NCBI GenBank assembly: GCA_010356995.1
Contig: ML996692.1
Span: 631,933 to 695,932 of the forward strand
Length of the DNA: 64,000 nucleotides
Direction of reading: 5' to 3'
Source of the DNA: Trichodelitschia bisporula
Taxonomy: Eukaryota
Shown piece after piece: positions 22,215 through 36,580 of the stretch. The notes under the pieces were generated by a model that saw only the letters and a program-made list of their open reading frames with translations, did no database searches and was not told where the DNA came from. Positions within the stretch are counted from its first letter, which is position 1. Each line of letters opens with the position of its first letter. The position numbers were made by a program, and so were the translations under genes.

Positions 22215-24119
22215 CTAATCATCCGTCGCACCCCCAGCCCCCATAGCGACAACGCTCCTTAGCGTCCCAAACGGCAGTACGTCTGCAATCCGCTTCGCGC
22301 CCCCCAACAGCATGACCAGCCGATCAATCCCACACCCCCACCCGGCCGTGGGCGGCAGCCCCATCTCCAGCACGCGGACAAAGTACCTCTGACCCGGCGT
22401 CAACATCTCTAAGCATTTCTCAAAGTCCGCGTCCCCTGACACTACGTCAGACCCCCACCGCTGCACTGCGAACTTGCGTGCCTGCGTAAAAGGGTCATTC
22501 TCCTCTTCGTACATGTTGGCCACCTCAGTACCTGCGACAAAGAACTCGGCACGTGCGCTGACCTCGTGGTCTGTCTCACTGTCACGAAACGTCTTCGCCA
22601 ACGGCGACATGACGGCCGGATGGTGCGTGACGAATGTCGGCCCGATGCAGAGGGGCTCAATGAACCGTGCGCCTAGCGTATCGAGTAGCCGTGCTGCCGT
22701 CGGCTGCGGAGGCAGCGGCATGTCGAGCTTTGTGAACAGTGCGACAAGGTCCTCGGTCGCGGACTTTGAGGTTATGTCCCGCGGAAGCTTCCAGCCCGGA
22801 GCAACAGTTCGGAGTTGCGACATCAGAGTAGGAAGAAAAGGCAGGCGGGGAAATGAAGCAGCAAACGTGCGCTGGGGTGCGGTCAGACTGGTCAATGACG
22901 AGGCGATAAGCGTGCTTGCGCCGTCAATCAGCGTGCTATACAGCTCTTCGGTGGTAGACATAAGATCATCAAGAGTTTTGTAGGGTTGGTAGAACTCGCA
23001 TGTCGTGAACTCGGGGTTATGCGTGGCGTCGATGCCTTCATTGCGGAAGACAGGGCCGATTTCATACACAGCACCCATGTCCGCCGCAATGAGCTTCTTG
23101 AGCGCCAGCTCCTGCGCGATGCGAAGCCGCAGTGGGGAGCCCGAAAACTCGTTTGCGCGTGTCTCGAAGGGCCGAGCGACCGCACCACCTGTATCAGAGG
23201 CGAGGATTGGCGTGGTGACTTTGATAAAGGTTCGTGTGTTGAGGAACTCCTGCATCGTGCGCTCAATGTGGTGGCGCAAACGCAGAAGGTCGCGTTTCTG
23301 CTTGTTCATGGCGAGATCGAGCTGTGGGAAACGGGCCAAGGTGTCGGGGTTGATCACTGTCTGCGGAAGATCGTGCAAAGATGGGCTCAGGGCCTCAGGG
23401 ACGCTGGTGCAGTAGAGCGTAAGCTCACCAGTTGAAGACCGGATAGGTCCTCCAGCGAAAGCTGTCGCAGTGGTATCAGTAAAGCAGTTTGGTGCAGAGC
23501 ATGTGGTTCTAGCGTACAGTAATAATCGCCTTCTTTGATCATACCGCGGAAGCGCTGAAGCTCGTCGCTCGAGGCCAGGCCGCGTCTGTGGATCCACCCC
23601 AGATCACACATCACTTGAACTTTGACATCTGCATGGACAACGTCGACGAATATGAGTTTGGAACCCGCAATCCGGACACCTTTGACCTTGCCTGCACGCT
23701 GCGTTTAGCATAGCGAGTAGCAGCAAGGCGGTGCTCGTACCATGAAGTATTACAGTGTTGCTATCTGGGCGCGGATGCACTTTGCCAGCTAAGGGCATGC
23801 TATGATACTTCTCATGAAACTTGCTAGGAGGCATGATCTCGCAAGCTCCACCGAGATCATCCTTGCCATGCAATCTTGTAATACCCATTCGCGGATACAA
23901 GCTGCTAGGAAAGGCAGACTTGGGCTCAGATTTTGGCCGCCCATCCTTGAGTGCTTGCACTCTCGCCCCATATGTAACCGACGTCCAGAGCCCATCGCCA
24001 ACTGAACGCGAGTGCCGCTGTCGAACAGCATAGTAGAAGCGAAGGTACGCTGCAGGGCAGGTAGGGCGGATGTCCTTGTACAGGTAAGGTCGGAGTGTGC
24101 TACAGCTTGTGTTGGCCAT
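22215..24119 (-). CDS. MSK1: Mitochondrial lysyl-tRNA synthetase (class II)
   Basis: GGAVARPF, YEIGPVFRNEGIDATHNPEFTTCEFY and GLPPTAGWGCGIDRLVM motifs; basic presequence-like N-terminus; two introns (~23691-23739, ~23463-23518) give one continuous frame. Confidence 0.92.
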
Positions 24120-24180
24120 CTGAGAACTTAATTAGCATCTGAGCGTCTCTAGCATGCGGTAAAGAATAGAGCGTGAGAAA

Positions 24181-24270
24181 ATGTATCAGAGTGAGCTGAG
24201 TTTGGTAAAATCAGTCGCCGAAGCGTCAGTCGCAACGGTTCTAATGTTATGGATTTGATCATCATTACAT
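24181..24270 (-). ncRNA. Intronic box C/D snoRNA, snR71/SNORD29-type (LSU rRNA Am at the yeast A2946-equivalent)
   Basis: Terminal stem ATGTA/TACAT, box C ATGATGA, D' CTGA, CGC-TTCG-GCG hairpin, C'-like CTGATT, guide AAACTCAGCTCAC, box D CTGA. Lies inside a GTAAGT..GCTAAT..CAG intron at 24120-24314. Confidence 0.85.
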
Positions 24271-24629
24271 CGAGAAGGGGACAATTGAGTCGCATAGAGA
24301 GAGTGTCAACTTACATCTGATGTTAGAGCGCAGAGGTGCGCGATGAAGAATGAAGAAAGTGGAGGATGAGGTCGAGGTATTTAAGGGCCCGGCGAGGAAA
24401 AAAGCTCCGCAAGCTTGGACCTCTAAGAAATTTACGTAGCTCGCGGCGTCCGTGCGTCTCTGCCGCCACCAATTCGATAGAGATCAACCGAAAACGCGAC
24501 ATCATCATCAAGCAATTGAACAACATCCACGCCCACAGTCTGCAGCGCCATATTCGCACTCGAATCCGCCACACTTCTTTGGCCTTAGTTTTCTGTCACT
24601 CCAACCTACACAACTTTCCCACCGACATC

Positions 24630-24972
24630 ATGTCCTTCCTCTTCGGCGGCGGGCGGCCGCAGCCCAGTTCAGCGGAGAAGATTGCCGCGGCAGAGACCGA
24701 GATAGACATGGTGACCGAAATGTTCAACCGGTAGGACCTGCATTTTCTCCACATTCTTCAGCTAAGTTTACAGCATCGTGCGTTCCTGCACCACCAAGTG
24801 TGTTCAAAACGACTATCGTGAGGGCGAGCTCAACAAGGCCGAGGGTGTGTGCCTCGACCGGTGTGTCTCCAAATTCTTCGAAGTCACCATGAAGGTGAGC
24901 GAGAAGATGCAGTCGGAGGGGGCCGCGAAGGCGGCTGCTGGCGGTACTGGCGGTGGCATGTTTAGCATGTAA
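24630..24972 (+). CDS. TIM10: Mitochondrial intermembrane-space chaperone Tim10
   Basis: [34 protein letters not shown], 43-nt intron 24731-24773, twin CX3C motifs (CTTKC...CLDRC). Confidence 0.95.
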
Positions 24973-25435
24973 TGGGGGAAAACGGACTGCTTTGGGCATA
25001 TACTCGGCGTTTATGTACCTGCTACAATATGGATGGGATGGGTGATGCTTAGGGGGGCTCTACACTCTGTTTAACGATTTCATGTCTGTCCGAGCCTACA
25101 GTAGGCAGAGGTTGTCTCCTGGATGTGGATACATATCAGCCCCTACAGCTGCAGAGCTCGAGCAACTTGTCTCAGGAAATCCGAACAAGGACCAGCACGA
25201 TATCTGGTAAATTTGCATATCAGTTCACCTTATGCCCCAGCTACAACGCGCCTGCAGCAGTAATACCTATTGAGGAAGCCTTTGTGCGCGTCACAAGGCT
25301 CAAATCTCGCTTTTTAGTCTTTCCCAACATGACAAATACACCGACAGATTATCATGAAGTCAATCTTTGAGTATCATACCTGAGAAACCCAGCCAAAAAA
25401 GAAATTTGGATACCTTCGCCGAAGAGACAAAAAGC

Positions 25436-25507
25436 TGGACTCGCCGGGAATCGAACCCGGGACCATCCGCATGCTAAGCGGATATTATACCACTAAACCA
25501 CAAGCCC
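25436..25507 (-). tRNA. tRNA-Ala (anticodon AGC), intronless
   Basis: GGGCTTG/CGAGTCC acceptor stem with G3:U70, D-loop AGTGGTA, anticodon arm TCCGC-TTAGCAT-GCGGA, T-loop GTTCGATTC, downstream T5 Pol III terminator. Confidence 0.97.
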
Positions 25508-26423
25508 AATTGATGAGAGATGATTGCAAACAAAACGAATATGAGCGTTGTAAACAAATTGAGTCGGCACGACCGGGACACGTGAGCATCTGACTGCTTC
25601 GCTTCATGCAGATATACCGGCAGCGCTCACAGCTCTATCTTAAGCTGGCAGGCCAGGTCGACTTTGGAAGTTTCATGGCTGTCTCGGCTCAGCACCCTGT
25701 CGACTTCAGGCGAGCAAAAATTCTAGGCTCGGTGACTCAACAGCGCCGGGAGAGACCGGACCCAGATGAGGGATGAGATGATGATCTGTAGAATGGCGCC
25801 TATACGGCCGGAATCCCTCGGTAGGAAATGACATTCTGTTAATAATATCTATATATTTACAGTGGACCACGAGAAGTTTAGTACATGCGCCACACCGGGG
25901 AGTGTCAGTGGACACTGTTCACCCGGACGTCCATTGACTGTCAAACTCAGCCGTAGAGCAGACCTCTAGACCTAGAGCTTTAGGACGAACACCCAGAATA
26001 AAAATTCTGCCCTGTCGTCCTCCGCTTTCACTGGCTTGCTTTCTTCACCATCCCGTTCCGCAGCTTGCCTCCTTCTTTAGCGGACCCAAGTATGGAATTG
26101 GAATGCTGTCTCTTATTTGCTGCCCGCAGGGCCCACCGAAGCATTCCTGTCGCTTCCTCATGTTCCTATTTTGATATCGGAATTCCGACGGCTCCATGAA
26201 GTTGTGCGCTCCGTTTTGAGAGGTGCTTCCTCTTCGAGCAAGTGACAATTCCGGAAATTCCTAAAGTTCTGGGCCGCTGGTATCCCCCACTAGCATGGAC
26301 TTTGATATACGAGTGGCTGCTAGATAGCACTCGCAAAGCAATGGTTAAGGCTAGGTGAATCCGTATCACCGGTGGGTGGTCGGAAGATGTCCAAAAGTCA
26401 ACTATTTCGAATTTTCAGTCGTT

Positions 26424-27261
26424 TCAGGGGTCCGTGATGATTCCAATGGGGATGCCACCCAAGACATCCCCAAGCTCGCTCAGCGTCCTTTCGTATACCT
26501 GTCCTATGCGGAGTTCTCGCTCCATGTCCTCTTCCGAGATTTCCGGTTCGTTCGTGTCCATTTCGTCAACAGTTTCGTTCCAAACTTCTTCCTCTTCCTC
26601 GTCTTCAACTTCATCCGCCTTGCTCAAGGTCTCCATGATGCACCTCCTCGTCTGCTCCACCAAACTCTTTATGCGAACTTTTTCCGTCCCACTGACGGCT
26701 CGACCGTCTTGGCAGCTGGGCAACTCTTCGTCGGTCTCCGCATGTCTGCCTCGTAGCAGCGAGGCAAAGACTAAGTCGAGCTTGTCGAGAAGTTTCAACG
26801 TCGTCTTTGGGGCGGGCGTAAAGCCGGGGAGAAACTGAACCACGAGGGAAGCTATGGTAAGTAGATATGGAACTTGCAATGACGCTGATAACCCCCATCA
26901 GCATAAACTTTCGTTTGTTGAAGGGTGCCTTACGCGTGCCAGAAAGCCAGAGCAGATCAACCGCCTTTTCAATCTCTTTGGCAGCTTCCGGGAAGTTCTT
27001 GAAGCCTTGAACTTGGTGGCTGCCTTGACGTGCGCGTAGTTCGGCTTCATCCCGCAAAGCGTATCTCCTCTGAATTTTGAGTAGGTCCTGATCCAAAAAT
27101 CGAATGAAAGTGGATTCTTTCGTGCTGCCGGGTTTCAAAGGATGCTGGCGTGGGTGTGCAGGCAGCTGAGGAGGTGCTCCAGACAATGACGCTTCGGAGA
27201 GTGGAGGCGAGAGAACAGAAGGATTCGGCGCAAATACTTGAGGGGGAGATGAACTGTCCAT
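26424..27261 (-). CDS. Conserved fungal protein, probably TFIIH-associated Tfb6-like
   Basis: Exon 1 ...HPLKPGSTKE...DLLWLSGT, 49-nt intron 26885-26933, exon 2 PSLQVPYLLTIA...EKVRIKSLVEQTR...VYERTLSELG. Family name is from recollection of the motif. Confidence 0.7.
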
Positions 27262-28499
27262 AACTGCAGAGGATGCGCGCCAGATTTAGAGAACGCAAGA
27301 TTGGGAATTGAGCTTGCTAGCTACTGGTAAGGGGCTTTATATATCATCGGCAAGAGGGAGGGCAGATGGTCGCGGTACATGACGTGAGGTCGGGTCAAGC
27401 GACCTAGGGCCATGCGAAGAGGTCGTGGCTGCCATTGTCCGCCAAAATACATAGATATGGCGGCCACAACTTTTTCGGTAGCCCTCCAACCCTTGCTTGG
27501 CATGTGGCTGTGGAGTGCGCCACAACAGTTCTCATCCAACTTCGTCAGGAGACTCGCTCAAAGCCATCGCACATACCGTACAGTAACGTTCCACAGAGGG
27601 TTACTGTGCTCTGCGGACTCGGGCATTAGCCTCGAACTCCTTCCTTGGAATGATTAGTGGTGATATCTTTCTCTGTCAGGTTTGAAATATGGGGTTACAT
27701 CGAGCGGGAGTACCAAATCCGGTTTGCATGAAGATCCCGAGTCTAACAGTACGAGTTTACATCCAGAATCAAGAGTGTTCGTCTCTGGACTCTTCTAATT
27801 TCCAGCATCGGCGAGTTTTCCTTGGTTTTTTTCCGTCTTACTGGCACTGTAGTATGGCAAAGTGAATGTGGTAGGCCTCACTGGTGTGGCCTGATGCCCT
27901 TCCTTGTTCAAAATGCTGCTGTACAACAAATCTGTCTGAAGAGCACAGCGACGATGAGCATTCAGATGCCTAACTGTACGAAGAATTAGCCTTCGTACTA
28001 TCAACCTTATGAAACAGCAGCCGATGGCGGTTAAGACAACCGAAGTGTAGTCAACAAGTCGACCTCCAGCAACAACTCCATCATAACTCCACCATCACTA
28101 CATCACAAACCAAATGCCGTCAACCGGCAACTTGTCGGATGGAAATGGTTGGATAAAAAAAGTTTCGCATGCCACAACGGCTGTTTCTCAGCGTGCATCA
28201 GATTGAGGTAGGCGCGGCTCGCGCCAGGTCAGGGCAAGTTTCATATCATGCTCAGAAGCGGCAGGTGTGCTAACAAACCGCAGCTCATCACTGCTGCTCC
28301 CAGAGGATTCTCTTAACAAAATCTCCGCTGGCTTCCAAGTCAGCTTGCGAACTCTTTGCTATGCAGCCTTGCAACCCCGACGCCCAATTCTCACCATCAA
28401 TCGCCTTCGACGAGGCGTACTCCGAATCCTGGATCTGTGGTGCCGCTTTCGTCAGCCAGCCGTCGTTCGTGCCTACCTTGTTCTAACGTCTTTACAACT

Positions 28500-29996
28500 A
28501 TGGAGATCCTCTTCACGATCATCCGGAATACTTTCTCTCCACTACTTCCGAGCTATTTCCAAAGCCGCACCGCCGATGTCAAACCGTTCAGGATAACTAC
28601 CACTTCTGCCCTGGATGGCATTCGAGGCATCGCGGCTCTTTTTGTGTTCTGCTTCCACCTCCTTTTCTCGTACCAACAGTTCATAGAGTACGGCTATGGC
28701 CAAAGCGACCAAAATATGCGACTTGTTCAGTTTCCATTCCTGTCCATCTTCCATCGGGGCCATAGCATGGTAGCCGTATTTTTTGTCGTTGGAGGCTATG
28801 TACTATCACTCAAACCACTAAAGCTCATCTCTTCTGGGCAAGTGTCCTCTGCGCATGATGTACTTGCATCCTCAGCACTCCGCCGTGTCATACGACTCTA
28901 CCTACCAGCCTTTGTTGCGACATTTTTGACAATGATCACCGTCTACTTTGGTCTCTGGGAGTATCCTCGGCAGTTCATTGATACCACCGAATACAAAAAG
29001 TACATCTTTTATGCGGATGCACATCCAGCGAGGCAATCAAACTTCAAGGCACAAATCAAAGACTGGCTCACAGAAGCCATGGGTCTGACCGGCATCTTCA
29101 CTTACTACAACCACGGCTTTTCCATGCCGTACTACAACTCGTACGACCCGCACCTTTGGACGGTTCCCTTCGAACTCCGCTCTTCACTTACTCTCGTTCT
29201 GATGCTGCTAATGCTCTCCCGCTGTACTCACCGGGCAAGGGTCGTCTTGCTCCTTGTGGCAATCACCTTTTGCGCAACTTGGGACCGCTGGGAACTGGTG
29301 GCCTTCCTCTCTGGTTCGGTGCTCTGCGCCTTGGATACGAATGCGTCCCCTTCATCAGCAACAACTTCGCCTACATCAGTTGGAGAACGAAGTGATTCGA
29401 AATTGCCCTTGCACTCTTCCTCAGCGTTTAGTACCGCCGAGACAGCTGTTTTGCCTCGGAAATGCAGCTGCCGCCGTCTTCCATGGATGCTCCTCTTCAT
29501 TGCGAGCATTTACCTGCTATGTACACCGAACTTCGCTGCCGATTCAACGCCGGGCTATGTCGCACTATCATCTCTTCTTACGCCAACAACATACACTGAT
29601 CCCAAGCGAGGACCCCAAACGCTTGGTGCCATTGGTATCACTTGGGCTGTGGCGAACTGCCCCACCCTTCAACGTCCATTCAACACCAGATTTGCACAAT
29701 ATCTTGGGAAGATAAGCTACGCATTCTACATCGTTCATGGCCCTGCAATTCATATCATCGGATATTCGGTTACTCCTGCGTTGTGGCGAGCTGCTGGGGT
29801 GACTATGGCGGACGGTGCTGGCGCGGTCAGCCCTGCTTGGGCAAAGTACTGGACCTGTCTTGCACTGGGAACAGCAGTTCTTGCTGTTGTAATTGCGGTG
29901 GTGGCGGATTGGTTTTGGCGTATTGTCGATGTGAGGTGCGTGAAGGTGGCGAGGTGGTTTGAAGATGTCTGCTCGAGCGCGGCTGTGGAGCCATAG
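28500..29996 (+). CDS. Acyltransferase-3 family multi-pass membrane O-acyltransferase
   Basis: LDGIRGIAALFV, VAVFFVVGGYVLS, RRVIRLYLP, HLWTVPFE and LGKISYAFYIVHG motifs; intronless; first ATG at 28500. Confidence 0.9.
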   Translation: MEILFTIIRNTFSPLLPSYFQSRTADVKPFRITTTSALDGIRGIAALFVFCFHLLFSYQQFIEYGYGQSDQNMRLVQFPFLSIFHRGHSMVAVFFVVGGYVLSLKPLKLISSGQVSSAHDVLASSALRRVIRLYLPAFVATFLTMITVYFGLWEYPRQFIDTTEYKKYIFYADAHPARQSNFKAQIKDWLTEAMGLTGIFTYYNHGFSMPYYNSYDPHLWTVPFELRSSLTLVLMLLMLSRCTHRARVVLLLVAITFCATWDRWELVAFLSGSVLCALDTNASPSSATTSPTSVGERSDSKLPLHSSSAFSTAETAVLPRKCSCRRLPWMLLFIASIYLLCTPNFAADSTPGYVALSSLLTPTTYTDPKRGPQTLGAIGITWAVANCPTLQRPFNTRFAQYLGKISYAFYIVHGPAIHIIGYSVTPALWRAAGVTMADGAGAVSPAWAKYWTCLALGTAVLAVVIAVVADWFWRIVDVRCVKVARWFEDVCSSAAVEP

Positions 29997-30154
29997 AGAT
30001 GATACCAGGTCTTTTACTTAGCATTGTGCTTGGCGGCTGGAGTTACTCCTGGTCCCAAACTAGATAACTGGATCAATGTTCACCGACATAAATATGTCCT
30101 TCCGACATGTGACGATGTGAGGCTGAGATCCAATCAATTATCCTAAAACGGACT

Positions 30155-30202
30155 GGCGCGCCAAGAGTAACGCGAACTCGCGAACGCGCTCTGGACGCGC
30201 CA
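30155..30202. promoter_or_regulatory. Cluster of five CGCG cores (MCB/SCB-like) upstream of MCM3
   Basis: CGCG at 30157, 30171, 30179, 30185 and 30196 (ACGCGA, TCGCGAA, ACGCGC) about 150-200 bp before the ATG. Confidence 0.55.
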
Positions 30203-30355
30203 GCGAAATTGACAATCGCCTTCAACTGACGACGAACCACTCCGTACGAAGCGCGAAGGCAACTGTATCTTGGTTGTACTCCCCGAGTCTGAATTACTCC
30301 TTATTGAAACTACAAAGACACTGGGTATCGATTTGGGAACCACCACTTGCCCACC

Positions 30356-33268
<2,913 letters not shown>

Positions 33269-33824
33269 GAGAGCTTCGGACCGGGCGTTGATATGGGGAG
33301 GTGGAGCATGTTGAGATTGGTGTTTGGTTGCGGCAAGGGTATGGAAGCGGTGATGATGGGTGATGATGGGATGGGGGTCAAGATACCAGATACGCATGCA
33401 ATCCGTTTTACGTTGCTTCTAGCTTGCAACTCATAATTGCAACGGTTTACAATGGCTCGAAGATTTTGATGTCAGTTCTCTTACATGGCATAAAATCAGG
33501 TCATGAGTCGGGGCAACTGTTGTAATGAAGTGGTTACATTGAAGGCGCTGGAACAAACTCATTCCAAGTCAGGTATCTTTCTCAGAGCTCGTGGGTATTC
33601 CAAAGGAAACTCAGAAGCTGCGAAGAGATACAGCCTCAGCCACCCGTCGTGCGACACCTACCGCCCACTTTGTCACCCGGGCAACCCCGAATGCAGTCCA
33701 TATCATACAAGGCAAACCGCGAAGAAGCACACTTTCCAAGCGCCAGAGACGCCCACATAACCCTCCCACGTAGCCTCCAGCCCCGAACCCCATCAGAAAC
33801 ACAAAAGCAAGTGAAAACCGCCGT

Positions 33825-35975
33825 CTACAACTCGAGAACCCTTGACTCGCCCACCGGCAGCGGCGCCACGTCGCCCGCCTCCGCATTACGGCGCTTGACG
33901 CCAACTTCACCTTCGCGAGCAGCAGTCACCATATCACGCACGAGGCTCATGCCCTCCTGCGGCCCAAGGTTCATGGCGCGGACAAAGGCCTCCTCCACCT
34001 GCTGAACGCGCTTCTGGAACGCAAGGCGGTCGAGGAAGAGTGCCTGGCGACGACGCTCCAGATCGCGGCGTTCGGCGGCCAGTAGACCCTCCAGCTCGGC
34101 GAACTGGTTGAGCTTAAGGTCGAGCTTGGTCATTTGCAGGTTCGCCGCGGCGTTAATGAGGCGCGTGGCGTTACGTTCCTCGTGCGAGGCGAGGCCAGCG
34201 GCACGCGATGCCGTCAGGGCAAACGGCAAGGTAGACAAGGGATCGGACCGGATCGCGGCGTCGATATCCATAGCAGAGTCGTCCGGTTTGACGGCCGACC
34301 CAGCGGAAGGCTCAGCATCCGGATCGCCACGCTCGAGGCGGTTGAGAATGTCGCGGCGAACCTCATCGGTGGCCTTGCCAGCGGCGATAGTCGCAAGCCT
34401 AGGATCTGCCAGACCGACGAGGAAGCTCATGACCGAGAGAACGGGGTTCTCGGCAGTGGAGAATGGGATGCGGCCATTCCCTAGGTACGACAGGGCCTTA
34501 GAAGAGCGCGCCGCAAGGTTGTCTTGACCATCCGGCTCCTGGTACTTGTCCTCGATCTCCATCTGCAAGAACTTCATAACACAATCCTCGCGCGTGCGAG
34601 TACCGACGTAGTCAGAAATCTTGTTCCAGTCATCATCGTACATCTCCAGGCCTTCCAGCAGTAGAAGCTCCTCCGCCTCCGTCCATGGGGCATCGGGGTC
34701 GGGGATGATGGAGTATGCCTCGTTCTCAAGCTTGGTGAAATCCGCATTCGAGCTGTTGACCGGATACCGTTTTTCCATGAAGCAGGTTGGGCAGATGTCG
34801 TATTTCGTCTGCTGAGCAGCAGAACCAGTCACTCCGGGCGGCGGGGCCTTAGAGTTGTGGTAACGCACGCGCGTACAGTCATTTCCGCAGGTGAAGCAGA
34901 AGTACTGACGCACGGGTTCCTTGAGGGCTTCCTCCAGCTCCTTCGCGCCGGATTCACCAGTACCGTTGGCGGTCGAAGACTCGCCATTGGCAATCTTCTC
35001 CTTGATCTCGGCGGGCGTGGCTTCCTTGCCGTTGGACTCGTAGATGTTACGCCTAATCTCGAAGGTGGTGTCAGATTTGGAGGGTGTTCCAGCTTTGGCA
35101 AGACGGTCTGTCCGCGGGTGCGGTTTGCCCGATGTAACAGTGGTGTTCGGCGCCGGCTGAACGGCTTGCAAACCGCGCGGCGTATCAGCGATGAGGCGAA
35201 AATGGCCGGTGAAAGGAGGGCCGATGTTGCTGGGACGAGTATCGGGGTCAACCTGGACGCGATTAGATAAGAAACCATGCAACAAGCTGCCTCGTACTTG
35301 GTAGTTTATCAGACCCCAGGATTCGAGAAAGCCATGCACGCGCATAAGAGCGCAGACGTCACCGCACAGGTTGCGACGGCAGGCAGTGAAGGTAAGGTAC
35401 TCGACAGGATTCAGACGGTAGGTATTGATCATGAAATCTCTCGCGTCCTTGTACGTCGCCGGCGTCTTGCTGTGATTCCGGCTGTTGAACCACTCAGGCA
35501 GAGCCTTCTTCTCGATGTTGTGGATCGCATGCATGTCGAACCACGTGCTGTAGCTCGGAAGGATGATTTGATGAGTCTGAGCAGCGAGATGCGATCGAGC
35601 AGCAGATTCTATAGCAGCTTTGTTAGCAGCTTCGGCCTCGGTATCGGCCTCGCGCTTGCTGTCGGAAACCCCACCCATCTCGGTGTCCTCGGGCGCATCT
35701 GCCGACGCTTTCGTTTGGTCTTCGGATTCTGTGCCGTCGCGCGCGGGGGTAGGGCCCGCAGTGGGAGACTTTGATTTCCTAGCCGGCAAGCTGAGATTTT
35801 CTACGTCTTCGGACATATCGATGTCTAGATGCCTCAGTACTAGAACCAGAATACGAAACACGAAGCCAGGTCAGGATGTGACAAACAAAAAAAAACACCC
35901 ACCTTCGACAGCCGACTGTTGGCCAGAGACGTTGTCCTGGACTGGTGATGCACTAGCACCTTCATGCGACGCCAT
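33825..35975 (-). CDS. RSC8: RSC/SWI-SNF subunit Rsc8/Ssr/Swi3 (SWIRM, ZZ finger, SANT)
   Basis: ILPSYSTWFD...YRLNPVEYLTFTACRRNL..WGLINYQ (SWIRM), CFTCGNDC..CPTC (ZZ), WTEAEELLLLEGLEMY (SANT). Short first exon from ATG 35975; intron near 35250-35297. Confidence 0.9.
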
Positions 35976-36580
35976 TATGAGAGACTTTATTGCGGTGTGA
36001 TGCTCGGATATGAAAAGCTGACTGTTGTTGCGAAAGGGAAGGTAGCGGGAAGGGAAAGCTGTCGCGCGACGCGAATAGGCTAACCCGACAGGCGATGACG
36101 CGCAGTCGGATGAAGGATGGCTGCGCGACCGAAAGAGTTACTTCAGGGGGGTGTTTTGGTATTAAAGAGGCGCGAAGTTGATGAAAGAGTGGTGGTTCGC
36201 GATGGGCAGAGGGAGACTGGGGTTGGGGGTTGTCGCGAAGCGTCTGTGTCAACGAAACATCGCGACTTGCCAAGAGCTGTCTCCGTGCTCTTGCGTTCTC
36301 GCGGATGGAAAAACCATTATTCCGTCATTGAGATGACTAAGGAGATTCGAACTTCCACTCACGTGACTTTCAACCCGCATTCTCCGCCCCCGCAGCATCA
36401 CGTGCTAGAAGGAGGGAAGTCAACAGCCGCCCGAGGTCATCCTTGACTGTCATCCCAGAATAATGCAGCTTGATCGTTAGCTTTCGTCCGAAATCCCGGA
36501 ATCCCGCATCTTGCCACACATTCTACTCTCCTCTCTCTTTACCCCCCCCACCATCCTCTCCTCGCCGCTGTCTCCCAACC

